Positions 1 to 13,177 of a stretch of DNA of 64,000 bases are shown here, piece by piece. The stretch is taken from assembly GCA_002633005.1 (NCBI GenBank), contig NMRA01000571.1, positions 16,180 to 80,179 of the forward strand, written 5' to 3'. The notes under the pieces were generated by a model that was not told the DNA's origin, made no database searches, and saw nothing but the letters and a program-made list of their open reading frames with translations. Positions within the stretch are counted from its first letter, which is position 1. Every line of letters starts with the position of its first letter. Made by a program: the position numbers and the translations under genes. The DNA is from Phoronis australis (lineage: Eukaryota > Animalia > Phoronida).

Positions 1-1726
1 GAGATTGGGAAGTGAAGCACATTCTTAATTTTATTTTAATTTCTAAGGATTTTTCCGATCACTCTGCATATTCGGATTAAAACCATCATACACAATTGCC
101 GGAATGTGAGTGAATTAGGATCAATAACATATTATTGAGTCACACAAAACCACCAATACTGGAATAGTGTAAAAGACGAAGAATTAAGGTACAAAATTTA
201 CTTTGAATGAAATTTAAAAATCTCCATGTTATCTTACATTTGCCGGCTAATAAGTCATTTTCAACACAGAATATTAGGAGCAACTTAGCTATATTCACCG
301 CTGTATCAAAGTTATGAGCGGATATACTTGAAGAATGAGGTCTCTTTTGCCCGCTGCTTCTGCCTTTAAATGCCCAGCCCCAAAATAACAAAAATCTTTT
401 CTTTCTCAAACACGATTAGCATTTCCCGCCATGATGAATGACAATTTGTTGCATTATAACCTGCTAAGTGGCACTATTCGTTTGTAAAATAATGAGTCGA
501 CCACGGTGCCAACAATTAGATATCATTTTCAGTGTTCCATCAGTGACGGTGGGAATTGGGGGACTGTCCGCGGCTTCCCTCCTCCAGGCTATATTTAGTC
601 CACGCAACTTGGGTTAAGGAAGATCTGGAAATTTGCTGTTGCTTGAACCATGCTCGGCGTACATATGATTGGCAAACCGACTTCATGAGCCAGGTCTGCA
701 GCAACAATGTAGGCCTGATTATTACTTCCATTCTCAGTAAAGGACAAGTTGAGACCGCACCTGCGTTCTGTAGACCCAAGGAACTCACAACGACGCAGCG
801 CCACTATAATCTTCGCCAGATGTCGCCATGAACTTACGAGGGAAGCACGTGCTCACACTAGCTTAGTACACATTTTGAAATCTTGTAGACTTTGAAATTT
901 TACTTTTCGCAACTATCCCATTATTTGGATCACGTTAACAAATGTTTTAGGAAATTTTAGCGAAACGGAAAGGTACATTCATAGCAAAACCATGGTATTA
1001 ATACTATGCCAATATTTTGTTAGGTATAAATGTTCGAGATAAAATCTCAAATTATGCATAAACGTTGATACAGTTTTTCAAATTCCTTTTCGTTCATGTA
1101 ATTTTTTGATTTTTTTACAAAAATCGTAAAATGTTTGTAACCCCCTCCTGCAAAATTGGCAACTTCTGTAAACACTGTATTTTTGTCAATTTTACGATAA
1201 ATTTCGGAATACTTTCTACCCAAAAAGGAGCATTTTTAAGAAGCGTCTGAACGTGCATCAGCCACGTCTGGGTGTCCTGCACAGATATTACTCAACAAAG
1301 TCAAGAAAAATCGTCAGAAATGTAAGCAAACTTTAACTTAGAAATAGATTTAGCTCAATGCAAACTCTGACGAAAATACTGAAAATCGCAGATATGCACC
1401 CGGCCTCAAGCCTGTAGCTGGTGTAAAACAAAACTTGACTGCCGTGACATGCAGGCTGCAAAAAATTCATTCACAAAAAATTTGCGTGCACGTATACGTG
1501 TCACGCGATCTGCGATCCTCTTAGATAAAAGATGACAAATGACATCAAAACAAGCAGAGCAGTCTGTGTAAACCCGCTTCTTTAAAGAATCCTCAGTGGG
1601 GCGCATAGTTCGCCCTCGTTCAAATACTTTTGCATATCACGAATCTCGATATAATAACCACTGCTACAAACACGAACGTTGTATAACCTATATATATAAA
1701 GTTATCTCACTAGTGAGATAACAATT

Positions 1727-1800
1727 TGGCGGAAACCGAGGCCGGATTCGAACCCGGGCATCAAGAATTTGCCGACTTAACCACTACACCACTCAGTGGC
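1727..1800 (-). repeat. tRNA-derived sequence (pseudo-tRNA or SINE head)
   Basis: A-box TGGTGTAGTGG, B-box GGTTCGAATCC, acceptor-like pairing ACTGAG/CTCGGT; D and anticodon arms non-canonical. Confidence 0.6.
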
Positions 1801-2340
1801 TGACGTCATCGAACTTGAAAATAGAATACTTAAATGAGCACGCGCAACAATCGCATGTTCAGCAAAGGGCATTGCACCGACATTTATACGCTATGAAAAA
1901 TAAGACGCAAAATTTCCATAAAACGATATTTTAATTCGGTGAAAATTCTCGTGTTCTCGCACTTGTAAATCACCGATCTCCAATTTGAATGCGGGTATCC
2001 TGTCGTCGGGATCCTTTGACTTGAGCATTATAGTCAGTTACTAGTGGTAACCTGCTTTAGCAGACGATACTTTACAGGTCGAAGCTTACCGTGATAAAAT
2101 GTGTAATAAGCTATAATAGTTGCTAAACCTTAATTAATAGATTCACTTTATTTCTATTTTGTTCAAATTTTCCATTGGTTTTGAGTATAAGCATTATTTG
2201 ACAAAATAGCTCGGCTTTTCTTAAAAGGTCATGACTTCCGATCCCGGGCCTCTGACAGAGAAAGTAGTTACAAAGCCGAGGCGAGTCGAGAAAGGTAGAT
2301 CGATTCATTGCAATGTTTCTCGTTCAGTATGTGGTATAAT

Positions 2341-2502
2341 TAGATTATTACATGTTCTCAGTTATTAGCCCCCTTATCTAGAGTCCTCGTGGATTTTGGG
2401 GAATTATCACCCTCGGGTCTAACGCCCCTCGGGCAATAATGCTCCAAAATCCACTCGGGCTCTAGATAACGGGGGATAACGACTTCGCCATGTAATAATC
2501 TA
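2341..2502. repeat. Palindromic (foldback) element
   Basis: Arms TAGATTATTACATG...TTATCTAGAG..GTGGATTTTGG and reverse complement; central ccctcggg direct repeats. Confidence 0.8.
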
Positions 2503-2640
2503 AAAAAGTCTCAAAGTTTTATTTACATCTGATCAGAGACCTACAAGACACGATGTTTCGAAATTAGACACATTTGGACATTTATCCAGGATCTCACATA
2601 ACCGTTTAAGGTTAAAACAGTATTTTCTGTAGGGGTTTAC

Positions 2641-2937
2641 CAGGGGCGGATCCAGAATATTGAGTTAGGGGGGCCAGGGCACAGGAATTACCAGAATTTT
2701 GCCTCAGGCGCCCGCCCAGCTTAAAATGTAGGGATGTAGGGGTCTCGAATTTTTTGGTTTATTACTAGAAAAAGGGGGTTGTTCAAGCCTATGCATTGTG
2801 CCTTCGCCCCCCGAGCCCAACTGGGTGCGCGCATATGCTAGCCAGAAATTTGCAACCAGAACTGCCAAATGGAATCTGGGAGAATTTTAGGGGGGAGCCA
2901 TGGCCCCCTTGCCCCTACCCATCTAAATCCGCCATTG
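2641..2937. mobile_element. MITE with CAGGGGCGGAT/ATCCGCCATTG TIRs and 5-bp TSD
   Basis: TTTAC flanks both ends; contains a terminus-like motif of another MITE (TGGGTGCGCGCAT, about 2822). Confidence 0.75.
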
Positions 2938-3044
2938 TTTACTTTGTCTTAAGTAATCTTGCTTCCGATATTTGGCCCTTCCGGTATGCTGTAGAATTCG
3001 GCTTACTATCACACGGTTTCAATACGAGAAGTGCACTGATACGC

Positions 3045-3210
3045 CGTAAAATGTAACAATTTTGTAAAATGTAACAACTGTTACATTTTACGTCATTGTT
3101 ACATTTTACGTTACTAGGCCTCTCCTAAAATGCAACAAGTTGTTACATTTGATGTAATTGTTACAATTTATGTCGAATGCACATGCGAGAAATGTACCAT
3201 TGTTACATAT
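3045..3210. repeat. Cluster of AAAATGTAACAA / TTGTTACATTTT motifs in both orientations
   Basis: Multiple direct and inverted copies; resembles subterminal repeats of a DNA transposon. Confidence 0.65.
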
Positions 3211-3568
3211 TTCATGAGTTCCATGGTATTTGTCACACGGATATATATTTTGCCACTCTGAAAGGACACGGTCATTTTGCTCCGCGTCTAGGTCGATAGT
3301 TTAAAGGGGCAACAGTCCAAAAAACCTGTCTTGGGGCCTTGAGGATTTCACAAAACATGACATTTCTCTTTCTGTTATCTTTTAAGATAAAAAAACAATT
3401 TGGTATTTGGTCAATGATCGTTAGTCCAAATTAGGAAACAGGTTCCTACGTCCGAAGCACATATAAATAAAGGCAGAGACTGGACATTCTAGTATTAATG
3501 AACGTGAAGCCACGTATCTCATGAGGCGCCATTTTTGTGTTGCAGCTTGCTGTCAACAACACACGTGG

Positions 3569-3885
3569 CAGTGGCGGATCTAAGATACCATAAGGGGGGG
3601 CCAACATGTTGCCTCGGAGAATTGGGCGCAGCGCGACTGTGTGTGCACGGGCGGCTTCAAAGTTGCGGGGGAATGTGTACCTTGTATGCGAAACATTTAT
3701 GGTGGACTAAAAAAAATTAAAAAGGGAACGCGATTCTGCCACGTTTGAGCCCCCATTCCGCTACCTGTCATGCTATCTGAACTCAATGATTCCTCACCCT
3801 TCAAGCTCTTGCTGTTTCATTTTGCTTGCGGCAGCCAAGGGGGGGAGGGAGCGGGCCCCCTGCCCCCCCCCTAAATCCGCCTATG
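3569..3885. mobile_element. MITE with CAGTGGCGGAT/ATCCGCCTATG TIRs and 5-bp TSD
   Basis: Perfect CGTGG duplication on both sides; a related left end lies at 22974-23067. Confidence 0.8.
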
Positions 3886-4902
3886 CGTGGTTGTAGACAG
3901 ATGAAGATCTTTTGTATATTTAACGTTTTGCTATATCTCATAAAAAGCGCATATTCAACATCGCTGACATCGACGTGGGCCGTTTTTGTTCCTTACCACC
4001 CACTTTCAATGAAACCTAGTTCAAATCACTGAGTTAAATCACTGAATACTGGGTCTCGTTCCACATAAAATTGTGCGTGTTTTGCATCCGTTACTAGCCA
4101 TTCTAATGACCCAGTGACCGCAGCCGTAGCCGACTAGTCGCTAGATCTCGAAAAATGACTACATTCAAAATTCAACTTAAAGCAATTTTTGAACTTACAT
4201 CGTGGAGCGAGCCTCAGTTCTTTGAAAGGGCTTATTATCACACGGTTTCAATACGAGAAGTGTACATGTTTCTCTGTAAAATATATAATGTAAGAAATTG
4301 GATGTGATAAGTTTTTGAACGCCTGCGGTGTGTTTCACGCCAAGTCTACAAGAAAACGTTGTAATGTTTGTCTTTCGAGTGGCATTTAGTCTGCTTTTGA
4401 GCAGGCTATGGAGTTGTTTCTTTTGACTTCGACTTGTAGACAGATTTTCTGACATCTAACCTTTATTAGCGTAATTTCGTGAAACGTGCTATCTCATCCG
4501 TAGACTGATCTCTTAGTTAAACGCCAAAAGACTATAAACTATTCGAAAAACAGCTCCGAGATCGAATTTGTAGATTTAGGCATTGAACACATCTCAAAAT
4601 ACGCGGCAAAAATAAGTATGTGAATATTTGAAAAAGCGTGTGTTTAGGGCACTGCACGGCCCACCTCAGCCACTGCTTTGATTTTTTCACGCTTCCTTTT
4701 GTTAGGATGACTGAAGTCTAGTAGAAGTAGAGCGACTGTTTTACTATGAAATGTATTGTACAATGTTTTATTTTACATATACTCATATATTTGTGTTCAT
4801 GAGGTCATTTACACTCGTCATCTGAAGAAGGACATTGATGTAGACAATACGAAAGTGTGTTGAACAAACTATCTAAGGCTAAGAACAACTTACTTTTCAA
4901 TG

Positions 4903-4904
<2 letters not shown>

Positions 4905-4934
<30 letters not shown>
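4905..4934 (+). repeat. (AC)n microsatellite
   Basis: About 15 AC units followed by (AT)n. Confidence 0.95.
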
Positions 4935-4944
<10 letters not shown>

Positions 4945-7099
4945 GTAATTTTAAAATTATCAAATTGTTAGTGTGCAAAATGGTCAACTCTTTTTAAAGA
5001 GTTGACCATTCCTGTACTATATTTTATGGACTAATACAGTGCAGTAAAGCTGAAGACAAACATACTGCGACATGAGAAGTATCTATTGAACTTAGAGGCG
5101 ATTTAATCGATACAGCCACGGGGCTAATCCCACCAAAAGGTTCATCCGACGTGCCACTGAGAAGCCATTTTCACGACCAGTTTCCCAACGATATGGTGTT
5201 TTAGGCAATTTCAGCTGTCCAAGAATCCATTCGAAAGCACTCAGTAGATTTCAAAGGCGTTATTAAACATACTCGGAATTTTCCTCTTTGAAGAGGATTA
5301 CCCCTTTTCCCTCTTTTTGGTTTTAATTTTCTCTTATTTGATTTCCAGTTTCCTATTTTCTTTTCCCTTTTTTAACATTTTTTGATATTATTCATGGAAA
5401 CACTTTTATTTCACTTAAATTGTACAACACAAAAAAATTTCTTTCACACAAGCCTATTTGTTTATGTCTTGGTCTTTCCAAGCCCTGATTGATCCCTTCA
5501 ACACTATGATGTTCCTGGAAAAAACTTACGAAAGGGTGATTTTTACGGAACCTACTTACCTATCAGCGGGTCACTTTTTTGAGTTCTTTCTGTGAACGTG
5601 TAGGTATCCTAAGAATCCAACTGCATACCTTCAAATACAGTAAAGTACTTCTCGGGGTTACAGCAGCACAATATGGGAGCTTTGGAACGTGTTATATTAG
5701 TAGCACGAAATGTTATTTACTATTCAATTAGAGGCTCTATATCTTCTACACTGATGTTTCAAAGAATCATGAGGAAAACAAGAATTCTAAGGTGCTTTCT
5801 GGTTCTTTCGATGAAATAGTCCAGAATACTATTTTCCTTTTGTAGTGCGTAGTATATATCAACTAGTTGTTTTTATCGGGAAGCGCTACCTGTTGAGAAT
5901 TCGACCAGCCAATCAGAATCGCCGGTGTAAAAAATTCTCGAGGAAAATCAAATGATACCTATACGTGCTGGTTACCACCTAGCAGCACTCAGCGAACCAG
6001 CAAGGTCATTCTCAAACAATGACTAAGATGCAGGTTAAATTAGAAAACTGGTTTTTCAATAAAACGGCAGGTCAGCAGGCGCTTTTTGATGTTCTTGCCA
6101 AATTTCACGTGTGATAAGACAAAGTTTTTGTCCGTTGAATGACCTTTCTAAGAGAAAATAGTAACGAACTAACGTCGACACGTCATATAAACACTGTAAA
6201 TGCCTGGGGCCTATTCACATGTAAGTCAAGAATTTGTCTTTTTTGTTGCGAGGTTTGATGAGTGTGCGCTAAAGTACAAACTTTTGCAAGTTGGGACATT
6301 GCATAAGTTGACGCTTCATCGACAAAGACTGCCGTGTAGCCTACATTGGTAAATAGCCCAGAAAAAAATCCTAAATCACCGATAATTCCTCAAAGATTCG
6401 TATACACTGGCTCCAAGACAGTTCATTTGTGAACCAAGAACTGTCCCTCACCGGTCAACTGGTGCATTAAATTTTTGTTTGTGTTCAGAACATTGTTTAC
6501 GCTGCAAAATTACGTTCTGTGTCCGTATGAGGCACACATGAATCAGAATCAATGACCATCTTCATAAACCATTTTGATAAACGGGTTCCCAAATCTAAGA
6601 TAAGCCCGCCTTGGTCACGATCGGACGTATCACCTTTAATAAAACGGATCCCTGGGTATGTTTTGAGTCAGTTTTTGAAAATGAAGCACCTCCATCAGTG
6701 TATCAACGGTAGCTACCACTGGTAAAAACATTATTTTTGTTAAACTGGCTGTGCGCACCCTGTTGCATATTAGTTTAGCCGGATGCAATTTACCTTTTTT
6801 GCAGTACTAAGTCTCTCAAAAGAAAATCATGCCGAGGAAGGAGATATAGCACAGTCAGATAGACGGTAAGTTAAAGTGACTGGAATGATTCTGAGAATGA
6901 TCTCGAATGCAGTACACCCTGCGACCAAACAGAAATGTCCCCTATTACATATTTACGACATGGGCAGCTACGTCAACTATACGTCCATTAATGACGAGAC
7001 CAAATTATATGTCATCAAAAACAGAGACGGTCGCCATCTTACAAACTTCTACCAAAACGTCATAAGGACAAGGGCCAAAAGTGTGCTTGCAGAAACGGA

Positions 7100-7640
7100 A
7101 GTTGTTGTAGAGCATGGCTGCAGACTCTTAGTTTGAAGTATACTCAAAAGAAGTTGATTGTTTGCTCTATATTGCCTGCGTATTGTTCCCAGACAGTTCC
7201 TATAGTCACTCCAAGAAACTTATTTTATAGCTCTATCACAACTAGACGGACATCACACTTTCTAAAACTACACGCCACCTGCAAATATCATCTTAACTCT
7301 CTGACCAAACAAGAAATCTTTCTACGCACCTAGAATAGTAGCAAGATCATTCAATTCTCGGAATGTACGCATTCAAAGAATTAGAGAAGTTCTCGGGTCG
7401 TGGATTAAGTGTATAGGGTTTTGCAGACAAAGAGGTATAGCATTGAGGGGCCACGGCGATGATGACTCCTGCGGAAATGCAAATAAAGGTAATTTAAAGG
7501 CTTTGGTAGACTTCAGAATAGAAGTAAGTGACGTATTACTTACAGAGCACCCGGAAACACGCCCTAAGAATGCGTGCTACACAAGCAAGTCTACTTAAAA
7601 CGACATCCTTAAATGCATAAAAGCTTTTATCCAGAAAGAA
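7100..7640 (+). mobile_element. hAT transposase relic (DUF4371, ZMYM1/THAP12-like)
   Basis: CIGFCRQRGIALRGHGDDDSCGNANKGNLKALVDFRIE...KNACYTSKST*NDILKCI, matching the ALRGH...GNF...KNA.YTS...QNELI pattern; in-frame stop at 7596. Confidence 0.8.
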
Positions 7641-9247
7641 TCAGAAAGTGACGAGTCAACATTTTGGGCCCTATCATACGGGACTCGGTGCGACAAGGTC
7701 ACAATTGCAGTCGATCTGCATCCAGTATTTTTATTTTGAAAAGTAGTGAAATCACTAAGATCAGTATACGAGGTGCTACTCAAAAGTTCCCGGTGGTAAG
7801 GTGAGCATAGCTAAAAATTAATTATTTGCGGAGGCATAAATCAATTTTAAAAGCGTATATTCGTGTTTCGTACTGTTGGGAAACATATAGTTGACAAAAT
7901 TTCTCCCTCTTACATAAATGGACTAAGAGCCCAATCACCCTCATCCCCCCACCCGGACGGACATAACCAAATTGTATGACGTCAACAAGTCCTGTGTAGA
8001 GCATTTTCTTCGATCACTGTGCCCCCTCCCTCTCCCTTACGACATTTTAGGTTAGCCGGTGTGTTACCTGGCTGATTTGCCGCTGTCCTCAGTTGAGAAC
8101 CCCAAGTGATCTATATAACTTCTTCGGTCAATAAAGCTTCTCCGCCTTATGAAGTAGTGCAGTTATCATGAATATTGGACTGGTCCCTTGGGAGATTTTG
8201 GATGAGTTACGCATATGAATACTTTTATATTATTGGAATCGGTGATACGGGAATATTTGATTATTCCTTATGTTTTTAACTAATGTGTACCCACAAACTC
8301 AAGAATAGCTATCTAAGGGTTTTCAATGGGTTAATTGATAATGGGTTATCAAAGATATGTATGATTTTCTTTAAAAAAAATCTTAAGTTGCATTAAATGA
8401 ATTCGAGATGATAATTTACTAAATAGAAAATTTTGAAGCCGCTTTAATTTGGAACACATATATAAAAATCCAATTCTATTGGATTTCTCCTTTCAGTGAG
8501 TGAAACCAAGAGCTGTGTATTGATTTGAGCCATTCGCTGTTACAAAATGGCTGACTCAGATTGCAAATGGTTTCTAGGCTTTAAGAGAGCTGACAGATCG
8601 TTATTGCGTCATACCACGCCCTCTAAATTGTCAGACCAATCCCACTGACTTAAACGCTACGGCGAGTTTATTCACGTTTGCTAATGATGTACATGTATGA
8701 CTTTAAAGAGATTTCCTGGAGTTTTAGTGGCTTCAATTTTAGTTCGAATAAAGGCTAAGAAAGCAATGGCGTTATTTTGGACGTTTTTTCATAAAAATGT
8801 TGATGTTTTGACACTATTACGTGGTTTAAAGGGGTTTACTATTTAGATTTTTTGATATGAGGTGGTACAGAGATACGGTGGGTGTTGATTTCATGTCAAA
8901 TAAAAATGATTAATTTCCCTGCCGGCTTGCAAATCTCTTACAACGTTCCAATTTTAAATTGGGTGTATCCAAAGTATTTCTAGGAGGGCACATTTGCGGA
9001 CGGAAATGACGTCAGCAAGAGAAAACCTCCATCTGTTGTTCTGTCTGACTACTCTGTTGTAAAAAATGCACATGTGAATGACCGCAGTGTATACTTAAAT
9101 GAAAACATTAGTAGTATACATTCGGTCGTAATTGTGAAGAGCGTAACTAATAAACTAAAATAATGGTGAACGCAAGCTAGAATCAAATGATGAGTTTAAA
9201 GTGACAACAGACCCGCTATTGTACGAAATATTAAGTTTTGTTGATCT

Positions 9248-10560
9248 TTTTTATTTATTTATTTATTATGTGATATTTAAAATGAGGGTGGCCTCTTCAG
9301 TGATAGCACTGCTTTCCAAGAGGGCCCTCAACAAGAAAAACAGTAATATAATACAATGAAGTAATAAAACAACAATGAAATATACGTAACAAATATACAA
9401 TTAAAACAGTTAAGGTTGAGAATTAAGACAATAACTAAATGACAAATAATGGTAAAAAATTAACTAAGACAGATGAAATAAATTAAGAGATGACTCTAGA
9501 CAATGAGAGTATTTACGACAATGAAAAAATGACATGATTAAGATAGGCAGGGTATAAAAGGTTAAGTAAATTACAGCCACTTTTTAACATTAACTTTAAA
9601 GGTAGTAATTGAGTTGGACCGTTTAATTTCTGGGCTAAAAGAATTCCATATTATAGCAGCTGCATAGATAAAAGATCTCTTGCCAGTCTCGGTTTTAATT
9701 TTTTTAGAAGAAACATTGCCAGCAACAGAAGAACGTGTAGAATAAACAGCCTGACTGCTATTGAATTTACTGCTGAGATATGCTGGAGCCAAGCCATTGA
9801 TACATCTGTATATACAACAGGCAGAGAGATATTTATTTCTTTGTCTTACTTTCATAAATCCCAGCTTGGAGTACAAGTCGTCAACCCTAGTGTCCCTAAT
9901 TTTAGTACCCAGGATAGCCCTGGCGGCTCTATTTTGGATTACTTGGACTTTGTTTACAAGTGTGTCACTAGTGTGCCCCCAAACCGGTAAACAATAATCA
10001 ATATGAGGCTGAATAATACAATGGTAAAGGGTCTTAAGGGTACGGACATTAAGAAATTTGCCTAGACGTTTAAGTACACCGATTTTCTTTGATAATTTCT
10101 TTGTGATATGATCTATGTGCATATTAAATTTAAGATTGGGATCTAAAATAAGGCCCAAGTACTTAAACTTGTCAACATTCTCGATGGGAGAACCGTTGAT
10201 AGAAAGGGATAGTTTTTGTTGCTTTAATTTCTGGTGGGTTCCAAACAGCATCGACTTGGTTTTACTAACGTTAAGAGTGAGTTTATTTTGAATCAGCCAG
10301 TCATGGATAATGGCTAGCTCATTGTTGAGAGAAGTTTCGAGTTCATTAACCGATCCAGCTGTGGACATAATTGCAGTGTCATCAGCGTATAAAACTGGGA
10401 CACTGTTGTGGAGGACCGTAGGGAGGTCGTTAACAAAAATAGTGAATAATAGAGGGCCCAAAATGGAACCCTGAGGTACCCCCGTGATTACGGTTGAGTA
10501 GTCAGAAAGTATACCACCGTATTTGGTGGCCTTTTTACGGTCGTATATCAACGAGGATGT
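9248..10560 (-). mobile_element. 5'-truncated CR1/L2-group LINE (RT C-terminal half plus 3' UTR and tail)
   Basis: ORF 9571-10572 has GVPQGSILGPLLF, YADD, LTLNVSKTK, KYLG, QNRAAR; the 3' UTR ends in a GAGGGCCCTC...CACCCTC hairpin region and an (AATA)n tail at about 9250-9270. Confidence 0.9.
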
Positions 10561-10687
10561 AAACGTATTCATTAGAAATTTTAATTGAAAAACGTCGCTG
10601 TAGACTACTGCTCAGAAGAAGTTTGAGGATGTAGGATATGCGGGAAGTTGTATAAAATCCCGCTTTTAAGTGTGAACGATATGCCAC

Positions 10688-10833
10688 TTTCAATAAAAAG
10701 TGCTACATAGGATCCTTCCTACAAACGCTTGGTTAATTTAATTTATTCTGATCCTTGTACTTTTTTTAAGAACGAATGTGAGACAATCTAACGCTTATTT
10801 GCAGACTGTTTTGTCACGCGCTCTTTTTGGAAA
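10688..10833 (+). mobile_element. L1/Tx1-type LINE relic (zf-RVT region)
   Basis: Degenerate translation FQ*KVLHRILPTN...DPCTFFKNECETI*RLFADCFVTRSFWK; stops and a frameshift. Confidence 0.7.
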
Positions 10834-12235
10834 AAGACAATACTTTTTGGAACTCCATTTAAAAAGGAAACAAAGTATTTAACGGGTTTCTAATCACCCT
10901 AAATATTACGTATATAACTTCTAAACAATGCCTTAATTTTCAATGTTTCTATTAATTATTTGAAAATAAATTTACCTCCTGAGAAGTATAGTCTAAAGCA
11001 AAAAATCCAACTGAACTACAGAACTCTGGGCCGTTATTTTTTACCTTTGGATTTTTGTTGCAAATTTCAACCTTTCTGACGGGTGTTCTGACGGAAAAAC
11101 CTGTTTGGTAATAAAATTATTTGAAAGTGTATTTCATGAAGGTACAGATCAAAAACATTACAACTGTTTTCTCCGCTCTGGGACTGGGGCAGTCGGGATT
11201 TTGGGTAAAAATACGAAAATTGCATTTTGGTCATTTTTATCATTGTTTTCCGAAGGACGATATCGTTAAATTTCTATGTCCTAAGGAAAATCCATCGGGT
11301 GTGATGGTTGTAAGCTACGAATTGTTTCAGGTGTCTTGTGACGTGGACGTAACAATTGTTTTTTTGGTGAACAAGTGACTGTACCAAGATCAACCACTCG
11401 AAATGTGGCCTTAGTCCGCATCGACTGGCAGTTCGGTACTACTTGACCATGCTCGGCGCATGAAATGACATGCCGTGGCAAGTCATCGTATCTATCCTAA
11501 TATCAAGCCATACAAACAGTCTGTTCTTACACAGTCCAGAAATCGTATCTAATCGAACAACAACAACTTCTGTACCAGATTTATAGCAGAAGATGGTCAA
11601 AATTAAAACCTTGCTTTTGACGGAAGGGAGCTTTCCAGCACCTTTATACCTTGATCGGCGTCTATGTAAAACATGAGTACGTACTCTAGAAAGTCTTAGG
11701 GGGGACAGATGGAATGCCAACTCGACGATTTAAGGCTGGTAATCACAGAAGAACCTCCGTTGTTATAACAGTGTAACTTTCCTCCTGAATATACACTCTG
11801 TCGGTTCCAACTATACACCAGACTGTAACAATTCTTTGCTTTGTGTTCTCAAAACTGGTCGAAGTTATTGGATCCAAGATTGGTATATAAGATGACTAAA
11901 TCCAAATTAAACCGATTTTATGTTGTACACTGAAATGCGTGATATTTCGCCCTGCTACAAAACCACCCTATGCTCGTGCCCTTGTGTTCTCAAAAATAAA
12001 AATAATCGAGAAAAATATTAAGTGAGAATATTTGCTGAAAGGCTGCATTTTTGACTTCCTCCGGTTCCGCTGAGTCAAAAGGTTGAGACATCTAATTGGT
12101 TCTCGATAACGATCGACTTCCGGTTTACTAACTAATCAGAGGTCTTAGCCGTTTGATCCGACGCAATTGGCGAAGCCAATCAAGTACAACCACTCCAATG
12201 ACCTCAAAATAAACTCTTTCAGCCCTTGTGTTGCT

Positions 12236-12376
12236 CATAGATTAATTCTTATTATCACAACCAAGCAAAAAACGCTGTACCTTGGACACTAGCCTCCGAA
12301 GATGGCTGCTGTGAGTAGCCTAAACTGTCAAGGTACAGCGTATTTGCTTGGTTGTGCTAATAAGAATAAATCTATG
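12236..12376. repeat. Palindromic (foldback) element with arms of about 52 bp
   Basis: catagattaattcttattatcacaaccaagcaaaaaacgctgtaccttg ... caaggtacagcgtatttgcttggttgtgctaataagaataaatctatg. Confidence 0.85.
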
Positions 12377-13177
12377 TGTTCTCTACCAACCTTATGAAAT
12401 TATTTAGTGGCATGTGTTTCTGTTTATTCGTCGTCCTTCGATTATTTACCGTGACATCCCAACTAATCATTTCACACGAGATAGTATCACAAGTTGTCAC
12501 ATCACATGTTTCAATACTTGTGATAAGACTAGGGGTGTTGGTCACTTTGTGTCATTAATATGTCAATAAAATGAACGTTGTAAGAAAAAACACAGTTACG
12601 AGGTCATTATTAAATCGCAGGTCAAAAGGTTGAATGCTCTGAGGGAGAAACTGACGTCAAAACGAAATACGACCTTGGCAAAGCTTCATTGAATCGGCAA
12701 GTTCATTGATTTAAAACAATGAGCTACAAAAGGATAGATCTTCATGGTCAGCAACACATCAATTTCCGCCTCCTTTTGGCTTCACTTTGTCATTTCACGC
12801 GATCCTTGTACCTCATCCATTCCTTAGTCCCTGATCCGTTGCTCAACCATGACATGTGCAAGTATGATTGCAGCATGCATAGCATCGATGGGTTGTACAA
12901 TTAATTGTAAGTTCTCGAGAAAATGTGATATTTACCCGAGCACACCAGCTACATGCAGCAAAGGTCACCTGGTACCCCTCATAAGGAATCCACCTACTTT
13001 TTTCAAAGATCGAGAAATTCGTAAAATTATGATTCCAAACAAATCAAAACCAAACGGGTAAAAAACAAAGTTTTGACGACGAGCTCGCCACGGGTCGAAC
13101 CGTGTCCGAAAACTCCTTTTCATTTTATAGGTCAGACGGATGACCTTCCGATGACGGAAAATTAGGTAACTTGATGT

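Noticed and set aside
1727-1800. Functional tRNA gene
   Set aside because: D arm and anticodon arm do not form a canonical cloverleaf and the T stem is imperfect
9571-10572. Stand-alone RT gene (retron or defence-like)
   Set aside because: Only the C-terminal half of a LINE RT, with a LINE-type 3' tail; the ORF start is fortuitous
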